The notes under the pieces are model-generated. The model saw only the letters and a program-made list of their open reading frames with translations, had not been told where the DNA came from and made no database searches. A stretch of 63,871 nt of DNA, filler included, from Octopus bimaculoides (Eukaryota): NCBI RefSeq assembly GCF_001194135.2. It is 6 parts of 6 records of this genome, joined end to end, with 100 filler letters (N's around TTAATTAATTAA, not from the genome) between each part and the next. Parts side by side here need not be neighbours in the genome. Positions count along the whole stretch, not along the records: positions 15,767 to 25,449 come from NC_068981.1; positions 25,550 to 28,521 come from NW_026358506.1; positions 28,622 to 36,363 come from NC_068985.1; positions 36,464 to 60,438 come from NC_069000.1; 2 more parts are not named here. The stretch is one strand, 5' to 3'. The translations under genes and the position numbers were made by a program. Below are positions 24,741-39,000 of this stretch, piece after piece (the first letter of the stretch is position 1; each line of letters opens with the position of its first letter).

Positions 24741-25718
24741 GTAAGAAAGATTGGAGAAGCAAACTGATCTGCATTCTCCAGACGCAGTCGATTAGTGATA
24801 CAGTGAAATTTACAAACCATTCCAGGGATTCTCCATTTGAGGTGCCTAGATTGATGACCCTCATACACAGAGGCATATATACACATGGAATTCACACACA
24901 TAAATAGGAATGAATGGAAAAATACATATGTATTAAAATGACACGCACACCTACGACGGGAGTAGGAGTTTCTTCATACATACACATATGCAGCAAAAGC
25001 AGCAGATATAAGCATAAAATAATGAATTTAAATATTTATACATAAACCCCAAGAGCCTTCTTTACTTAAACAAAAGAACTTTGTTACGTAATGACTGGTT
25101 TGAATTCTGCAAAGGAAAGACATATATGGGTAGAGGACGTCACCAAAAGTAAACATGAAATACGAAAACAAATGAGTTCAATATGCAAACAACGAGAGAA
25201 ACAAATGGAAAATAGGACAAGTAACACAAACAACCACCATTCATCAGTTGTCGGCTGTTTATCTACTACTCAATTCGAGCATTGAACGACACTATGAGTC
25301 TTCGAAAACAGTTGCTCCTATAAATACCAAGATAAAATTTTGGATTAATGGACGGTTGAAGTTGGGAAAAAAACAGGACAGTGGAGACTACCCTCGTTCT
25401 AGTCTAACAACCCCCAATGTTTGTTTTTGTTCGGTTTTGTTTTCAATTTNNNNNNNNNNNNNNNNNNNNNNNNNNNNNNNNNNNNNNNNNNNNTTAATTA
25501 ATTAANNNNNNNNNNNNNNNNNNNNNNNNNNNNNNNNNNNNNNNNNNNNAGACGAGGACAGGTGGTGTAAATAACAAAAGTATATATTAGTATATATAGG
25601 GAGAATTCACAAATTCTATGTATATATATGGGAGAATTTACGAAAAAAACAACAGACGAGGACAGGTGGTGTAAACAACGAAAGGATGTATTAGTTTAAC
25701 GCTCGGGAATAGAGAAAG

Positions 25719-25755
25719 TCTTTAACGTTTCGAGCTACGCTCTTCAACAGAAAGA
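25719..25755 (-). ncRNA. Minimal type I hammerhead ribozyme motif, one core substitution (A6 to U)
   Basis: TCTTT CTGTTGA A GAGC GTA GCTC GAAAC GTT AAAGA: perfect helices I and II, palindromic ACGT helix III. Confidence 0.6.
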
Positions 25756-25817
25756 AATAAGGAGAAAAACAAGGAGAAAAAAATATAAATGTAGTGGTCA
25801 GCGATCTATCATGGCGA

Positions 25818-25899
<82 letters not shown>

Positions 25900-26277
25900 G
25901 TATGTATGTATGCATGTATGTATGTATGTATGTATCCATATGTATGTATGTACACGTGGGCCACAATGTAAAAACGCATGTCTTGATGTTTGTCTGATGA
26001 ACTACAACTACAATGTAATGAACCACGCACACACACTGCAAGTATTCTTATGGCAGGGTCCGAGGTTATAGTTCTTCATTCTGAATTGTAAATCAGTAGT
26101 TGCGCTCCAATCAAACTAGTTCTTACACAGAATGATATATTGAAGACAATGTACAAATAAGCCAAATTTACTCTAATAAAGAAAAAATATGTAATGACCA
26201 TTATTTATACCTTGTCTTATACATAATGTATATACCCTGTCTTATACATCATTTATGCCTTGTCTTAAACCCCCCCC

Positions 26278-26322
<45 letters not shown>

Positions 26323-28489
26323 NNNNNNNNNNNNNNNNNNNNNNNNNNNNNNNNNNNNNNNNNNNNNNNNNNNNNNNNNNNNNNNNNNNNNNNNNNNNNN
26401 NNNNNNNNNNNNNNNNNNNNNNNNNNNNNNNNNNNNNNNNNNNNNNNNNNNNNNNNNNNNNNNNNNNNNNNNNNNNNNNNNNNNNNNNNNNNNNNNNNNN
26501 NNNNNNNNNNNNNNNNNNNNNNNNNNNNNNNNNNNNNNNNNNNNNNNNNNNNNNNNNNNNNNNNNNNNNNNNNNNNNNNNNNNNNNNNNNNNNNNNNNNN
26601 NNNNNNNNNNNNNNNNNNNNNNNNNNNNNNNNNNNNNNNNNNNNNNNNNNNNNNNNNNNNNNNNNNNNNNNNNNNNNNNNNNNNNNNNNNNNNNNNNNNN
26701 NNNNNNNNNNNNNNNNNNNNNNNNNNNNNNNNNNNNNNNNNNNNNNNNNNNNNNNNNNNNNNNNNNNNNNNNNNNNNNNNNNNNNNNNNNNNNNNNNNNN
26801 NNNNNNNNNNNNNNNNNNNNNNNNNNNNNNNNNNNNNNNNNNNNNNNNNNNNNNNNNNNNNNNNNNNNNNNNNNNNNNNNNNNNNNNNNNNNNNNNNNNN
26901 NNNNNNNNNNNNNNNNNNNNNNNNNNNNNNNNNNNATAATATATACATATATATATGATATATATATTTATATATAAATATATATATTTTCATATGATCT
27001 AGTTTATTTCTCAAGGAAAGAAGAAGACAATAACCTATTATACAGGGTGCAGACCTATGATTTATTCATTAAATCTGAATTTCTTTTATATTTAATTATT
27101 TATTATTTTTCTTACTGATACGATATTCTGAAAAGGAAAATTCTATTATTATTTCTGTTTCTTTCATTTTATATACAATGCACTGACTTTTTCCTTTATT
27201 AAGTGGCTGTGTTCTTTATTTCGTGACTATTTGCAATAATATTGATTTCAAATTTTGCCTCAAGAACAGTCATTTTAGCTGATGACTAAATCGATTACTT
27301 CAACTCCAGTGCTTTACTGATGCTTATTTTATCATCCCCGAAAGAACGAAAGGCAACTAATGAAGTCAGTTATACAGTGCCGGATGTTCATAAACAATAA
27401 TGCATGATTTTGGATCTTTTCAGTTTGGCTGCCAGTTTTCGAAAATTCAAAATTTATTGAAAATTTTAAAGGTTGATACATTAATGTAATTTTCCAAGCT
27501 GAATCTCAGGAGATATTTCACTTTTTTCAGGAAAATTGTTGAAAAAAGTTATAGAGGTTTAAAATTTGATCATTTTTACCCAGTCAAAAAACAGGATTTG
27601 GATGATGTCATTTTGTGCGTGACAGCACATGTTGTCAACTGTAAACAAATTAAATACTGGCAGAATTCTGCTTTACGCACGCCATGTAACCACTCATAAC
27701 TTTTTTTAAGTTTTTGGAATTTTCAGAAAATTTTTGCGAATCTGTATTCTGCACACTGGAATTCATACGATTATGCAAAAACCAAAATTGGGGGTGCGTG
27801 ATAAAAGGTCTATTTAGCTGTTATTTTTATCACAGTTCACCATCACCCCAGTGAATAGAATATATTTATCAACACATGCTTTCTTGCAGACAAAAGAGTT
27901 CTCATGCTTGGCTTGTTACTATGGAAACAAGCATGAATGTGTCTGTGAATTACGATTGGCTAAATTCACCCAAAATTTGCGAATTTTAAAAGCTATCAGC
28001 TCTTTATTTATTGATTTATGGCGAAGATGCATTTCAAAGTATTGATTAGAATATAAAACTATACCATTACACCGAATATGAAATCAATTAGAGCAGAAAT
28101 TGTGGAGATTGGAAATTGGCAGCCAAACAAAAATTCCTGACCTTTACCTACATGAATCAGTACTGGCAGTCTTATCCCAGTAAAATATTTCTATGACCTT
28201 ATTTTGGCCGGAGATGGTCGTCGTTTCCTATAATGCAATCACCTTCAATATAAAATTTGTGATCACCTTGAATATATAATATATAAGTTTAAAGTTTAGT
28301 TCTTATAAAGTTCTTATGTAAATTTAACTGTATTTGTCTACGTATTTGTATGCATATGTGTGTATGTATGTACATAACTGAATTGTGTCTTAACAGAATT
28401 GTGAATTTGTCAGTTTAATAAATTCATTAGCAAAAGACTCAAGTAATTTGAGTCACTATTCCTTCTCTATGTGTTTATACACACACTCT

Positions 28490-28521
<32 letters not shown>

Positions 28522-28621
28522 NNNNNNNNNNNNNNNNNNNNNNNNNNNNNNNNNNNNNNNNNNNNTTAATTAATTAANNNNNNNNNNNNNNNNNNNNNNN
28601 NNNNNNNNNNNNNNNNNNNNN

Positions 28622-28699
<78 letters not shown>

Positions 28700-29329
28700 T
28701 AACATTCATGTGTGTATGTCAGCGAGTTGTGTGATTATACGTATGTATGTATATATGTATGTATATAAGTGTATCAATGTATAATTTTATACATATTATT
28801 TATCTGTCGTCTGTTGGTTTGACTCATTGGACTACTGCCACATAAAGGCAACGCCTTCTGTCAATTAGACAATCACATCGCCTCCACCCACTATTTTGAG
28901 CTAGCACTATTTATCCATCTGTGTATCCATTTATCTATCCATGGACACACACATCGCGCGCACGCACGCACGTATAATATAATAGACACACACACACAGT
29001 TGCCCGTCAGTTTATGCAATATCCCGTTTGCAGTTTCACTTTAGCACGGTTTTCGTTGTGATGAAATAGTTTTGACTTTACGTATATCCTTTAGAAATAT
29101 CGTTTCGTCATCTCTTCATTTCCGGTTTGTGTTTTTTCTATTTCCCACTGATTTTTCTCTCATTTTACATTTATTTCACTTTTACTATAGCGAATGTTAA
29201 TGGCACGCAATAGAAGCAGTTAACTCATTCTTTTATTCTTTGTTTAATATTTTTTACAATTGAATGACGACGTTCAAAATATTGAATTAAAAAGTGACTT
29301 TGAAGTCAATTTCTCTAAAAATGAAAATT

Positions 29330-29900
29330 GAAATTTTAAACCCACTTTAAACAAGAAATAATTCTACAGAAACTGCGAAACAGTTTGATATAATCTAATA
29401 TAAACGAAGCAGCTGTAATTTAAGAAACAAAGAAAAACTAAAGTAGAATATTTACAGGATCTTCCATAACTTCAAATCTACATTCGCAGTATCAATATGG
29501 AAAGAATGAAGAAACTATTATTTTGAATGGATGATGAAACCTAAGAAGGATTGCTTATAGACTGTTTTGCTCTACAAGAAACCTGTTATGTCTCAAGCTA
29601 CTGCTATCTGGCACCTTCGGATGATCTCTACTCAACCGTTACACAACTGCTACTCGACTGCTACTCAACACTCCTACCACGGCCAGACTACCTCTATTTG
29701 TCTTGGGAGATCCTACTTCTTCGCCTGGGTGCGTCGACACAACAAAACCTAGAGAATTTTTTTTATCAATTCAACCTTAGAAACAAAACATTTAATAAAC
29801 AGCAACCTGGGCTTTCAAATGATAAAGATTGGTTTGAAATATTTAAAACATTCTGCACATTTTGCTTGATGAGATAGATTAAGCATTAAGAAAAATGTCA
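29330..29900 (+). mobile_element. Tigger/pogo-like transposase N-terminal relic
   Basis: Degenerate CENP-B-like helix-turn-helix (KIEIL, STETAKQFDII, RNKEKL) and a DWFEIFK motif resembling GWF..FK. Confidence 0.45.
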
Positions 29901-30663
29901 AACATTTTTTCCTACAAATAACTAAAATAAGTCTTCTACTCTTAAAAACAAATATTTGGTACTGATGAACCTAGTCTATTTTGGTAGTTAATATCACAAA
30001 GAACTCTTGTATCAGGAGGAGTATATGCAGAGTCAAAACATGAATGAGGTAGACTCACAATATTATCATTATGCCGTAATGCACTAAACAACTGTTACAT
30101 AAAGCTATTATCAATTATTTTGCTATATGTAAATATAAACAATGACACAGACACAGAAGCTCGCATACGAATATGGTTATATGTATGTTTACGTTTTTCG
30201 TGTATATCATCCACAATACCCGAATCGATTTATACGGTGACTCGCTCATTATATCTAACATATAAACCGAAAGACAACTGTATACATACATACATACATA
30301 CATACATACGTGCATACATACATGCTTGCATAAATACAAACGTGCATACATACATGCATACATGCATGCATACGTGCATGCATACCTTTAAATTTCAGTC
30401 AACCGCTCACCACCTACAAAGTGGGCTTCTCAATATCCTTTCTTCTGTAGGCTCAAGACCTGAAATTTTAGGATTTTGGTCAGTCGATTTCATTGGTCTC
30501 AGTGCTCAACAAAGTTGAACTCGGCGGAAATTGAGAGCATGGAAGAACTACTGCTAAGCATTTTGTCCGGCATGCTAACGGTTCTAACAGCTTGCAACCT
30601 TTGGGTTTCTTAATATCGGAATTGTTTTAAATTAGCTATCTTATCCTAGTGCTCTACCATTCT

Positions 30664-31025
30664 TATTTCTTTATTGCCCACAAGGGGCTAAACATAGAGG
30701 GGACAAACAAGGGCACTATGTCGATTATATCGACCCCAGTGCGTAACTGGTACTTAATTTATCGATCCCGAAAGGATGAAAAGCAAAGTCGACCTCGGCG
30801 GAATTTGAACTCAGATGATAACGGCAGACGAAATACCGCTAAGCATTTCGTCCGGCGAGCTAATGTTTCTGCAAGCTTGCCGCCTTCTCACTCCAAAAAT
30901 ATTTATTTCTTTATTACCCACAAGGGACTAAACAAAGAGGGGACAAACAAGGACAGAGAAAGGGATTGAGTCGATTAGATCGACCCCAGTGCGTAACTGG
31001 TACTTAATTTATCGACCCCTCGCCG
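30664..31025 (-). mobile_element. Head-to-tail SINE dimer with a 19-bp TSD
   Basis: cctagtgctctaccattct at 30645-30663 and 31026-31044 flanks one deleted and one complete SINE copy. Confidence 0.8.
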
Positions 31026-31069
31026 CCTAGTGCTCTACCATTCTGCGGTTTGATTGTGTTGTGTGCATT

Positions 31070-32420
31070 TTATTCTTTAATTTCTGGAACTTGGCCAGTC
31101 ATTATGACTTCCATGATATGCAAAACTTATTTCTGTCTCTGTTGTACAATTTTTGGTAGAACTTCAGTTCGCTTTCTTCAATCCTATTTTTACATTCTGT
31201 AATAATTCCAGCTTCTTTTAATACTGTTGTTATTTAGCCGTACCTTTTATAAATGTTCTTTCTCCGAATATTCAAATCGTTTCCATCGTTAAATTGCTGT
31301 TTCTGTTATGTTGACGTTTCTATTCAGTAGTTCTTTCATGAATTCTTTCTTATCTCTTCATTCAGTTCTGGTGCTTCTGTCTTAACTGAATTGATTGAAA
31401 TTGTTTTCGTTTCCACATCGGATCAAGGCTTTTCAGAGACAGTTTGTGGCATTTCTCGTGATTTTTGAGCTCTTTTAACGAAGTCTTTTCTTACGTTGTT
31501 GTCCAAAATTTATATCTTCTGTTTATATCAGTTGTTCAGTAAGGGCGTGGAGGCGCAATGGTCCAGTGGTTAGGGCAGCGAACTCGCGGTCACAGGATCG
31601 CGGTTTCGATTCCCAGACCGAGCGTTGTGAGTGTTTATTGAGCGAAAACATCTAAAGCTCCACGAGGCTCCGGCAGGGAATGGTGGTGGCGAACCCTGCT
31701 GTACTCTTCCACCACAACTTTCTCTCACTCTTACTTCTTGTTTCTGTTGTGCCTGTAATTCAAAGGGTCAGCCTTGTCACACTGTATCACGCTGAATATC
31801 CCCGAGAACTACGTTAAGGGTACACGTGTCTGTGGAGTGCTCAGCCACTTGCACGTTAATTTCACGAGCAGGCTGTTCCGTTGATCGGATCAACTGGAAC
31901 CCTCGACGTCGTAAGCGACGGAGTGCCAACAACAACCAGTAAGGGCGGTGTGAACTTGGAAATTATAAATTAGTCGCATAGCTCTCCTTATTTGTAGTGT
32001 ATTTTCTTTCTAAATTCGATTTGAGGTTTGCCTCTCACCATTCTATAATCACATGTTAATTACTTCAAAACTTCAAATGATGTTTGTGATAATGTTATTT
32101 ATCATATTTAAGAATTCTTAGTTTTCATTTCTCCTGCTAGTTATACTGTTTCTCCTTCTTAACTAGACTAAACGATGCTCATCTGCTTGTCGTATCTTGG
32201 CGTTTTGCTCTTCCATTAGGATTGTATAATAGGTTTTGCGATGGCTGACTGCTTCAGCAATCGTTTCATAGAATATTTCCAATTTTAGTTTGGAAACTAG
32301 CAGACGCTGGTGAATATAGTCGGATTATTTGAAATTGTATATCTTGATGGATTCGAAGGAAATCCGGCGACTCAATCAGAACTGATTAGGAATTCCTCTT
32401 CGCTGTTCTTTATTGCTTAT
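31070..32420 (-). mobile_element. RTE-type LINE fragment (APE endonuclease plus linker), degenerate
   Basis: IIRLYSPAS, KLEIFYETIAEAV and YYTILM..NAKI resemble the APE motifs IIQVYAPT, FYE.L and MGDFNAK. Confidence 0.6.
31548..31936 (+). mobile_element. Young Nin-domain-type SINE with an 11-bp TSD
   Basis: TSD cagtaagggcg (31537-31547, 31937-31947); A and B boxes; cacttgcacgttaatttcacgagcaggctgttccgttgatcggatc core; (CAA)n tail; CpGs intact. Confidence 0.8.
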
Positions 32421-32659
32421 TGACTTGGAAATCCACTCTGTTTTGTTTATTATCCTTCTATTGTTATGTGGTTAAACAAGTGGTGTTCTTTTATTTGTGT
32501 TATCACTTCGCTAAATCTTCGACTTTCACTGAGGTCAATAACGAACTATATTTTTTCCTGTTTTTCTATTTCGTCCCTGTTTCAGAAGCGATCATAAAAA
32601 AATTAATCGCAATTAGAAGTGTTACTTTTTGTTTCAATGCCATATCTGTTCGGTATGCC

Positions 32660-33500
32660 ACTTTTTAAAGTATCAGAATCACATTAATGGACATGTAGAA
32701 TGGTTTTCAACATTCTGTCTACATGCCCACTAAAAGGATTTCCCGCAAGGACCTCTGGAGTAGCTTTACTCGACAGGATGCCTCGGAGATCAGGAAATCT
32801 TTCCAGGTCGAACCGCTACTTCTCTCCAGGAGAGCTCACACCTCCAGTACCATGGACATGTATTAAGAATGTCGCAGAAGATCCCAAGATATATTCTTCA
32901 AGCTGAGCCCATCTTCAGGAGACCTAGGAGTAAATCACAGGCGAGATGCTGGATGATATCCATAGTTTCATCTGGTTAAGCTTAGGAACTTAGCAGGAAA
33001 GTTCAATGACGGTTGTTTCTGATAAAAATCCTATGGAAGAGGTAGCTGCAGACGCTACTCTTATGACTCTTCCAGAAATACAGGGCAGCAAAAGTGGTTG
33101 GATGGATGGACAGATTTCATCAGTTAGAGTTTGGCTGATACAAGGTTAACTAGGTGTGTGGTGGGATTAGTTTATACTACTTGATCTTGGATGCTAGACA
33201 GTCCGTACAAGAATAATTGACATTAAAACTGAATTGATAGAAGTAAACCATAGTTTAACGAGGAATAAATCAAGCTTTGCCTAATGATAAAGTTCGAGAT
33301 CCTGAAGCAACATACTACATGTCTTAAACATTACTTGTCCATAAAATTCGGATATCAAGACTGAATTTAACTAGGTTCAATTGGCATTGTAGATAAGGAG
33401 TTTAGTAGAAAGAAGAGGATTCTGCAGACTGAAGCAAGTTCAGCCACGTGACACGCTTTAGTCAGTAAGAATCGATCATACAAGAGTACCTGCAGATATA
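32660..33500 (-). mobile_element. Probable CR1/L2-like LINE 3' fragment; its end is repeated at 34945-35045
   Basis: Weak RT C-terminal likeness (HVAELASVCRILFFL, HKSSVCSYLFHRIF); shared tcagaatcacattaat.gacatgtaga end. Confidence 0.35.
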
Positions 33501-34150
33501 AAGCTTTTCACTAGATTTCATTACCCCAATATCGCCTAAAAGATTACAATTACACACTTGGCGAGTGTGTCTGTGTGAAACTGAGAAAGAATACAATGAT
33601 TTCGCTGACGGCTTTCAAATAAATATATACTATTCATTACGTTTTCAGTGTTAAACAATGCGCCAGGCTTATCGCCTGACCAATTACCAACAGAAACAAG
33701 CGATACATTGTAATGTGATATATAAAGAGTGTATATGAGTGTGAATACGTATGTGTGCGCACGTGTGTGCGTATGTATTTTTATAAAGAGAGATAAATCG
33801 CTTATGTGAACACAGACAAGTATATAGATTAGATACAGTTATTCAAATACATTTTAAATAAAAAAACAATATATTGATAAAACAACAACACAAAATAACA
33901 TACAGACAACACATACAGCCATAACAACACTCTTTATATTTAACTATTAATTTGCTTCTCATTTTTATCAGCTCATTCAGCAATATTCACTTATGAAAAA
34001 AATATATAAATGATTTTTTTTTTTTCTTGAAATAATTAAAAAAAAAATGTCTGAATTTTTTAATTAGGCTGAAGATACGAGAAAATATGAAGGAGAAATA
34101 AAAGTGATTAATATCTCTTTGTCTCTTTCTAAATGTGTGTACGCACGTGC

Positions 34151-34181
<31 letters not shown>

Positions 34182-34439
34182 GCAGCATGGCTGAATAATC
34201 AAGGAGGTATCATCTGAATCAAAAGATCTGGGTTCGAATATAGTGTACCATCATTTTTAAAAATTCTTTTTTACTTATTTCAGTCATTAGATTGCGGCCA
34301 TGCTGGGATACTGCTTTGGAATGTTTGAATCGAATACATCGACTTCACTAAATATTTTCAAGTCTACTCCATATTCTATTTGTTTGTTTTTTTTATCGAA
34401 CCGCTAAGTAATAGGGAGTCAAACAAACCAACATAGGTT

Positions 34440-34488
<49 letters not shown>

Positions 34489-35528
34489 TTCCGTGCTTTA
34501 GAACTGGACCCGAAGCTAAATTGTTACGAAGCGAGCTGCTTAACCTCAGAAGCATGCCTGTGTCTATCTTGCGTAAGCATCTCTTACACTAAAGTTTGAT
34601 TTCCCCAAGTCTGTGGAAGGAAAGAAAGTTGATAGAAACTGCTAGGAAACCAGTCAGTTGAATTTATCTGTGACACAAAATATTGGTCATGCTACAAACA
34701 AATTGCGCGATACTGATTACATGTGAAAATGACAATAAAAGCACACGTGTCTGTGGAACGAAGCTGACCATGGCATTTGAACCAACAAGCTGTCGTGTAT
34801 CGAAAGACGTAACCCATAAAGTTAAACATAGATAAATTCATACATTCAAGGATGCATACATACATACATACATACATACATACATACATACATACACTGA
34901 GACACGGATTTTCAGTTCTATAGAAGTTTGGTATATCATTTCTTTTAACGTCAGAATCACATTAATAGACATGTAGAAAGATTGCCCAGCATTCCATTTA
35001 CGCATCCATTAACAGGGTAACTCTGTAGGATTTCTGGAGTAACATTAATGGAGAGGGTGTGTATCGCAGAGACCAGGGAATCTCAGTATTGAGAGGACAC
35101 AGATCTCAATTTGCATGCATAAAATATCACATACGTCTGTGTCTGTGGCTATATATATATATATATGTATATATGCATGTATGTATAGTATTTCTGAACA
35201 AAGTTTTGCATTGAAAACATGTACATCAATATACATACATAAATACATACATAATACATAATGTATGCATACATATATACATACATACGTATATATATAT
35301 ATATATATATATATATATNNNNNNNNNNNNNNNNNNNNNNNNNNNNNNNNNNNNNNNNNNNNNNNNNNNNNNNNNNNNNNNNNNNNNNNNNNNNNNNNNN
35401 NNNNNNNNNNNNNNNNNNNNNNNNNNNNNNNNNNNNNNNNNNNNNNNNNNNNNNNNNNNNNNNNNNNNNNNNNNNNNNNNNNNNNNNNNNNNNNNNNNNN
35501 NNNNNNNNNNNNNNNNNNNNNNNNNNNN

Positions 35529-35574
<46 letters not shown>

Positions 35575-36000
35575 CGAAAATTATAAGAATATATGAATGA
35601 TGATAAATAAGGAAAACAGCTAAAGTTCTGCTATAAAGTCGGAATAATTAAGGAAATGGGTGAAATAATAAGGATTAATTCCACAGAAATGACACATTTT
35701 GATGTATCGATTTATGATCTAATGATAACAACAAATATATATATATATATAGGCACACACATATATTTACTGTACGGAAAGTTAAAAACTCTGATACATG
35801 GATACTTGTCTGAATGTGCTTATATCTGTCCCTTTGCCAAGCTATTGCTGTCACTCCGTGAATTTTATATGTGAATATATGAATATGATGAATATGATGA
35901 ATATAATCATTCTATTTGGCTTCTCTGGCGGGAATAGTTTAACATTAAAGAATATATGGGTTTTATATGAGTTCTCTCTTTTAATGCGTCAATTTTGCTT

Positions 36001-36083
<83 letters not shown>

Positions 36084-36463
36084 CATATATACATATGTAT
36101 ATACATATACATATATATACACATATATATATATTTATATAAATATATATAAACACACATATATATATAGGCATATATATATTTATATAAATATATATAA
36201 ACACACACTTATGTATATAAACATATATATATATAGTAATATGGATATGCATATATATATAAATGAATATGTGCATATATGTATACATACATATATGTAC
36301 ATATGTGTATATATATATATATATATACATACATATATATATTTATATATATATATATATATANNNNNNNNNNNNNNNNNNNNNNNNNNNNNNNNNNNNN
36401 NNNNNNNTTAATTAATTAANNNNNNNNNNNNNNNNNNNNNNNNNNNNNNNNNNNNNNNNNNNN

Positions 36464-36515
<52 letters not shown>

Positions 36516-37092
36516 TACATATAGACATATCTCAGTACACACACACACACATATGTGCATACACTCATTACTATTAGTCTTATTTTTATTCTTATCTTTA
36601 TTTTATTCTTATTTTTATTTATTTCATTTACTTTTTCTTCTTTGCCTTCTTTATTCCTTCCTCTTGTTGTTGTTGTTGTTGTTGTTGTTCTTGTTTTTCT
36701 TCTTTTTCTTCTTCACATATGCTTTTGTATTTTTTTATATGTATTTTTTTAATATATTTCGCCCTTTTGTGTTTATATACTTTTTAATATATACTTGTAA
36801 GAAAATGTCTTTTCCTATTTAAGAAATCAGTAAAACATACATTTTTCAGTTTGAAAACAGCTACTTGAAGCTTGAAACTCACATCAGGGTAACTCACTGT
36901 AAACATTATTATTAAGATTAAAATAAAAATTATCCTCCTAAAATAGCTATCTTTACTCATTTTTTTCAAGTATATAATGTATATATAGACATATATATAT
37001 TGTACTGCATTACCTCTGGATACCTTTGTTGCTTATTTTGATGAATATATATATATGTATATATATGCATGTGTATATGCATATATATATAT

Positions 37093-37154
<62 letters not shown>

Positions 37155-37156
<2 letters not shown>

Positions 37157-37560
37157 CATAGGTGTGGCTGTGTGGTAAAAAGCTTGTTTCCCAACTACAT
37201 GGTTCCAGGTTCAGTCTCACTGCATGGCACTTTGGGCAAGTGTCTTCTACTATAGGCTCGGGCTGACCAAAGCCTTGTGTGTGGATTTGGTAGACAGGAA
37301 CTGAAAGAAGCCTGTTGTGTATATATTTATATGTATATATATATTTGTGTGTGTATGTCTTCATATCTGTGTTTGTCCTCCCACCATTGCTTGACAACCG
37401 ATGTTGGTGTGTTTATGTTCTCAAAATCTAGCAATTTGGCAAAAGAGACCAATAGAATAAGTACAAGGGTTACAAAGAATAAGTCCTGGGGTCAATTTCT
37501 TTGAGTAAAGGTGGTATTCCAGCATGGCCACAGTCAAATGACTGAAAAGAGTAAAAGAGT
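37155..37560 (+). mobile_element. tRNA-derived SINE
   Basis: Head ggtgtggctgtgtggtaaaaagcttg..ggttccaggttcag and family core and tail. Confidence 0.85.
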
Positions 37561-37568
37561 ATGTGTAT

Positions 37569-37608
<40 letters not shown>

Positions 37609-38921
37609 CATCATCATCATCATTACCGTATGTGTATATTTATATATATATAAATGAAAGTATAGAGTATTCAAGATCCATTTCAGTCAGTCTTACCAAT
37701 CAGTTTTGCACTGGATATTAAATAATAGATAATAGTGTGCTTAAGTAACACAAGATCTTCAAAGATGGCAGTACAGAAAAATATGACAACTGCTTTCTGT
37801 CATTGGAGGAGAAAAATGTCACATTTGGTTTGTGGGTGCTATTCTGAAGAATAGATATGCAGGGTAGTAGTGGTTAGGGGTTGGTATATATGTAGGATTT
37901 ATATTGGTTGAGTGGAATGTTGGGCAGGTGCCTGAATCTTAATGTGCATGTTTGGGCACATATGTGTATTAATGTTTATTTGTGTTGTGTGTATGTTTTA
38001 GTTAAACTTTTTGCTGGGTTCTCAGGGTGTGATGATGGGAAGGCTGAAGGTGGAGAACCTAGTGATAATTGTAATGGTGGAGCCTGTATGTAAGATAAAA
38101 TATATCCTCTCTCATCTAGACACAGGCCAAAAATCTCATTCCTGCAGTTAAGGTAGTTGTCCAAGTACTGAGAACTTTTTAAGATAATTTTGCTCAACTA
38201 AATGATCTGCATTTTCTGCTGCTATTAAAATAATGCTTGCATTTCTCAAGGTCTTTCCCCATGCCTACTACCTGCTTACCTAATATCTAGGGTGAAGTGA
38301 ATTAGTAAGATTGGCTGAAATGGATTTATTACACTGTGTACTTTGATTATACACCCACTACATTGACATGTGTGTGTGTGTGTGAGTGTATAGAAGTGTA
38401 ACTGAGTATGAATTCACCTTGACATGTGCATGCTGATTTTAAACAAATGCCTCACTATTCATCTAAGTGATGTCATTTATTGTTTGATAGACTGGATGAT
38501 TATTAACATGCTATGAAACAGGTGAGGGCTGTCATCAGGATAAACATCCAAGTGTAGAAAATTCTGCCTCAGTTAACTTTCATCTGGTCAATGCAATCAT
38601 GGAAAAATAAATACTAAAACAATGATGAGGAGGAGAAGGAGGAGGGTAATATACTCACACATGTGTATGTATAGATGTATGAATATTTTATGTTGCTATC
38701 CAATTCAAGTCAATGTTATTGGGAGAAAAGATTTGAAAAGTGTTTCTCTATGTTCGTTAACTTACGTAATTAAACTGCAGCCATTGAGATCTAGCTGGAC
38801 TAGATAATGACACACACCAGACAAATACTGCGGTGCAAGGTCGGTGATCTGCAGAATAAACAATTGCAAGAAAATTCAAATACATGTAACTCCGTCTTGT
38901 TTAATCACATACTGACATACA

Positions 38922-39000
<79 letters not shown>

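Noticed and set aside
26226-27014. Long ORFs spanning N gaps (also 20510-21343, 60862-62085, 13698-14204)
   Set aside because: Length comes from Ns and flanking dinucleotide repeats.
33300-33500. DIRS tyrosine recombinase reading of FLLTKACHVAELASV
   Set aside because: No catalytic H-x-x-R or Y motifs downstream; a LINE RT C-terminus fits slightly better.
35981-36411. YI/CV/HT/poly-L low-complexity ORFs throughout the window
   Set aside because: Translations of (TA)n, (CA)n and (ATT)n microsatellites.
37976-38315. ORF and a small AG..GT segment (HFTLDI) as the FBXL13 C-terminal exons
   Set aside because: The LRR pattern is not maintained and similarity is limited to a few residues.
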